Assembly: GCF_009914755.1 (NCBI RefSeq)
Contig: NC_060939.1
Length of the DNA stretch: 64,000 nucleotides
Reading direction: 5' to 3' (one strand)
DNA from: the human T2T-CHM13v2.0 reference genome, Homo sapiens
Made by a program: the position numbers and the translations under genes. The first letter of the stretch is position 1. The number at the start of each line of letters is the position of its first letter. Under the pieces are notes generated by a model, which ran no database searches, had not been told where the DNA came from, and saw nothing but the letters and a program-made list of their open reading frames with translations. This document shows, piece after piece, positions 61,960 through 64,000 of this stretch.

Positions 61960-63810
61960 CAATGTAACATTGGTGTATGGGTCAACAAACCGATCCATCA
62001 AACAGAACAGAAGGTCCAGAAACAGACTCATACTTATCTAGTTAATTGATTTGTAAAAGTACCAAGATAACCAGTGATAGCCTTTTCAGCAAAAGATGCT
62101 GGAATAATTGGATATCCATAGGGGAAAAAAATAAACTTTGACCCCCTACCTCACACCACACACAAAAATGAAGATGGATCATTTGAAGATGGATCAAAAA
62201 TGAAGATGGAATGTAAAAGCTAAAATGATAATGCCTCTAGAAGGGAACATGGGAAAAAATATCTTCACAACTTTGGGATAGGTAGAGACTACTTAGACAA
62301 GACAAAAATGTGCTAACTATAAAATAAAAAAAATATGGACATGTTGGACTCCATCAAAATCAAAGACTCTGCTCTTCAAATGACATTCCTGAGAAAATGA
62401 AAAGGCAAGCTACAGGTGGGGAAGGAATATTTATTTACATATATCTGACAAATAATCCATATTTAGAGTCTATAGAAAACAACAATAACTCAATAATAAG
62501 GCCAACAATCTTATTAAAAAATGGGCAAAAGTCCTAACAGATACTTCACAAAGGAAGATATATGAATGGCCCTGAAGCATATGAAAAAGTGTGCAACATC
62601 ATTGCTCATCAGAGAAATGCAAATTAACACCCACTGGAACAGTTAAAATTAATGTGCCCAACAACACCAAGTGTTGCAGAGGATGTGCAGCAACTGAATA
62701 CTTTGCTGGCATGACAGTAAAATGATATGACTATTTTTGGAAACAGTTGAGCATTTTCTTAGAAATATACACCAACCTCATTGTGATGGTCATATTTTGT
62801 GGCAACTTGACTGGGATCAGGGATGCCCAGATAGCTGATAAAACTATTTCTGGGTGCATCTGTGAGGGTGTTTCTGGAAGAGATTAGCATTTGAGTCAGT
62901 GGACTGGGTAAAGAAGATCACCTTCCTCATTGTGGGTGGGCACCATGTAGTTGGCTGAGGGCCTGGATGGAACAAAAAGATGGGGGAAGGGTGAATTCTC
63001 TCTTTCTCCTTGAGTAGGGACATCCATCTTCTCCTTTCCTCGGGTATTGAAGCTCCTAGTTCTAAGCCTTTGAAATCTGGGACTTGTACCCATGGGCACC
63101 TCTCCCCACCCACTCCCCCTTCCCAGGAATTCAGCCTTGGACTGGGAGTTACACCATTTGCTTTTCTGGTTCTCCAGCTTGCAGAGGCATATCATGGCAC
63201 ATCTCAGCCTCCATAATTGCATGAGCCAGCTCCTCTTGTACATCTACATATAATCCTGGAGAACCCTTACAAATACACCCATGACTCAGCAATTTTACAG
63301 CTAGGTATTATTTACCCAAGAGAAAAGAAGCATATGTTTACAAAAAGACTTGTACAGATGTATTCATGATAGCTAAAACTGAGAACAACACAAATTGCCA
63401 TTAACCAGAGGATGCATTAACAAATTGTGATACATCCATGCAATGGAATATTACTCAGAAACAAAAAGGAATAAACTGATGTATACGGATATATGTAACA
63501 TGTATGAATCTCATAGAAGTTTTGATGAATGAAAAAAGCTAGACACAAATATACTGAATGCTTTCATTTTATGCAGTAGTAGAAAAGCCATAATTAACCT
63601 ATAGTGATAGAAATCAGACAGTGGTTGCTGAGAGCAGCAATGGGGGTAGGGTGTGACTTTCAAAGGCACAGGAAGAAACTTTTGGGGGTATTAGAATATT
63701 CCATGCCTTCACTGGGGTGGTGGTTACATGAGTATGTACATATATCAAAATTCATCAAATTGTACATGTAAAATCTATGCATTTTATTGCATGTAAATTA
63801 TACCTCGGTA
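61960..63810 (+). mobile_element. L1MC-type ORF2 end and 3' UTR, interrupted by MLT2 LTR
   Basis: CCCTACCTCACACCACACACAAAAAT..AAAATGGGCAAAAG..GAAATGCAAATTAA..ATTGCATGTAAATTATACCTC. Confidence 0.85.
62782..63277 (+). mobile_element. MLT2 (ERVL) solo LTR
   Basis: TGTGATGGT..CAACTTGACTGG..GGATGCCCAGATAGCTG..GAGGGTGTTTCTGGAAGAGATTAGCATTTGA..CTGGAGAACCC..AATACA; 5-bp flanks CTCAT and CCCAT. Confidence 0.88.
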
Positions 63811-64000
63811 AAAACACATGTCTATAAAGAATTCATTATCAAATGCAACATTCCTCTACATAGGCTGATGTATTGTTGTTGTCATGATTTCAACACAAAT
63901 CTTGGGTGACATAACTCATTGACTTAGAACAGGCTGTTAAGGGAGCCAGGAGAGATGCTGGTGGGGTCATGAATTTGATCCTAGTGAGTGCAGGCAATTT

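Overview
Human/primate genomic DNA, very rich in Alu, L1, MIR, LTR and DNA-transposon remnants. It contains the complete 4-exon gene RPLP1 (60S acidic ribosomal protein P1, 114 aa, + strand, CDS 5030-7588) with a CpG-island/5'TOP promoter. The first ~500 bp are an AU-rich 3' UTR with poly(A) signals, most likely KIF23 (recalled chr15q23 gene order KIF23-RPLP1-DRAIC). A second CpG-rich promoter lies at ~14.8-15.3 kb and is followed by candidate + strand non-coding exons, probably 5' isoforms of the DRAIC lncRNA locus. A U3 snoRNA retrocopy lies at 10022-10229 (-). No other protein-coding gene is supported; the other listed ORFs are mostly repeat artefacts. I found no convincing new biochemical system. 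The most unusual signals are reconstructible structural events: (1) a ~1.1 kb inversion that split one Alu in two and left a ~110 bp near-perfect inverted duplication (11535-13049); (2) a 1.67 kb single-TSD retro-insertion made of Alu + unique/internal sequence + polyadenylated MER21-like LTR lacking U5 (52974-54669); (3) a ~305 bp templated copy inserted into an MLT1 LTR; (4) a human-specific AluYb8 nested in an Alu inside MER33; (5) a triplicated MIR head upstream of RPLP1. Repeat subfamilies are recognised from memory of consensus sequences, and repeat boundaries are approximate unless TSDs are quoted.
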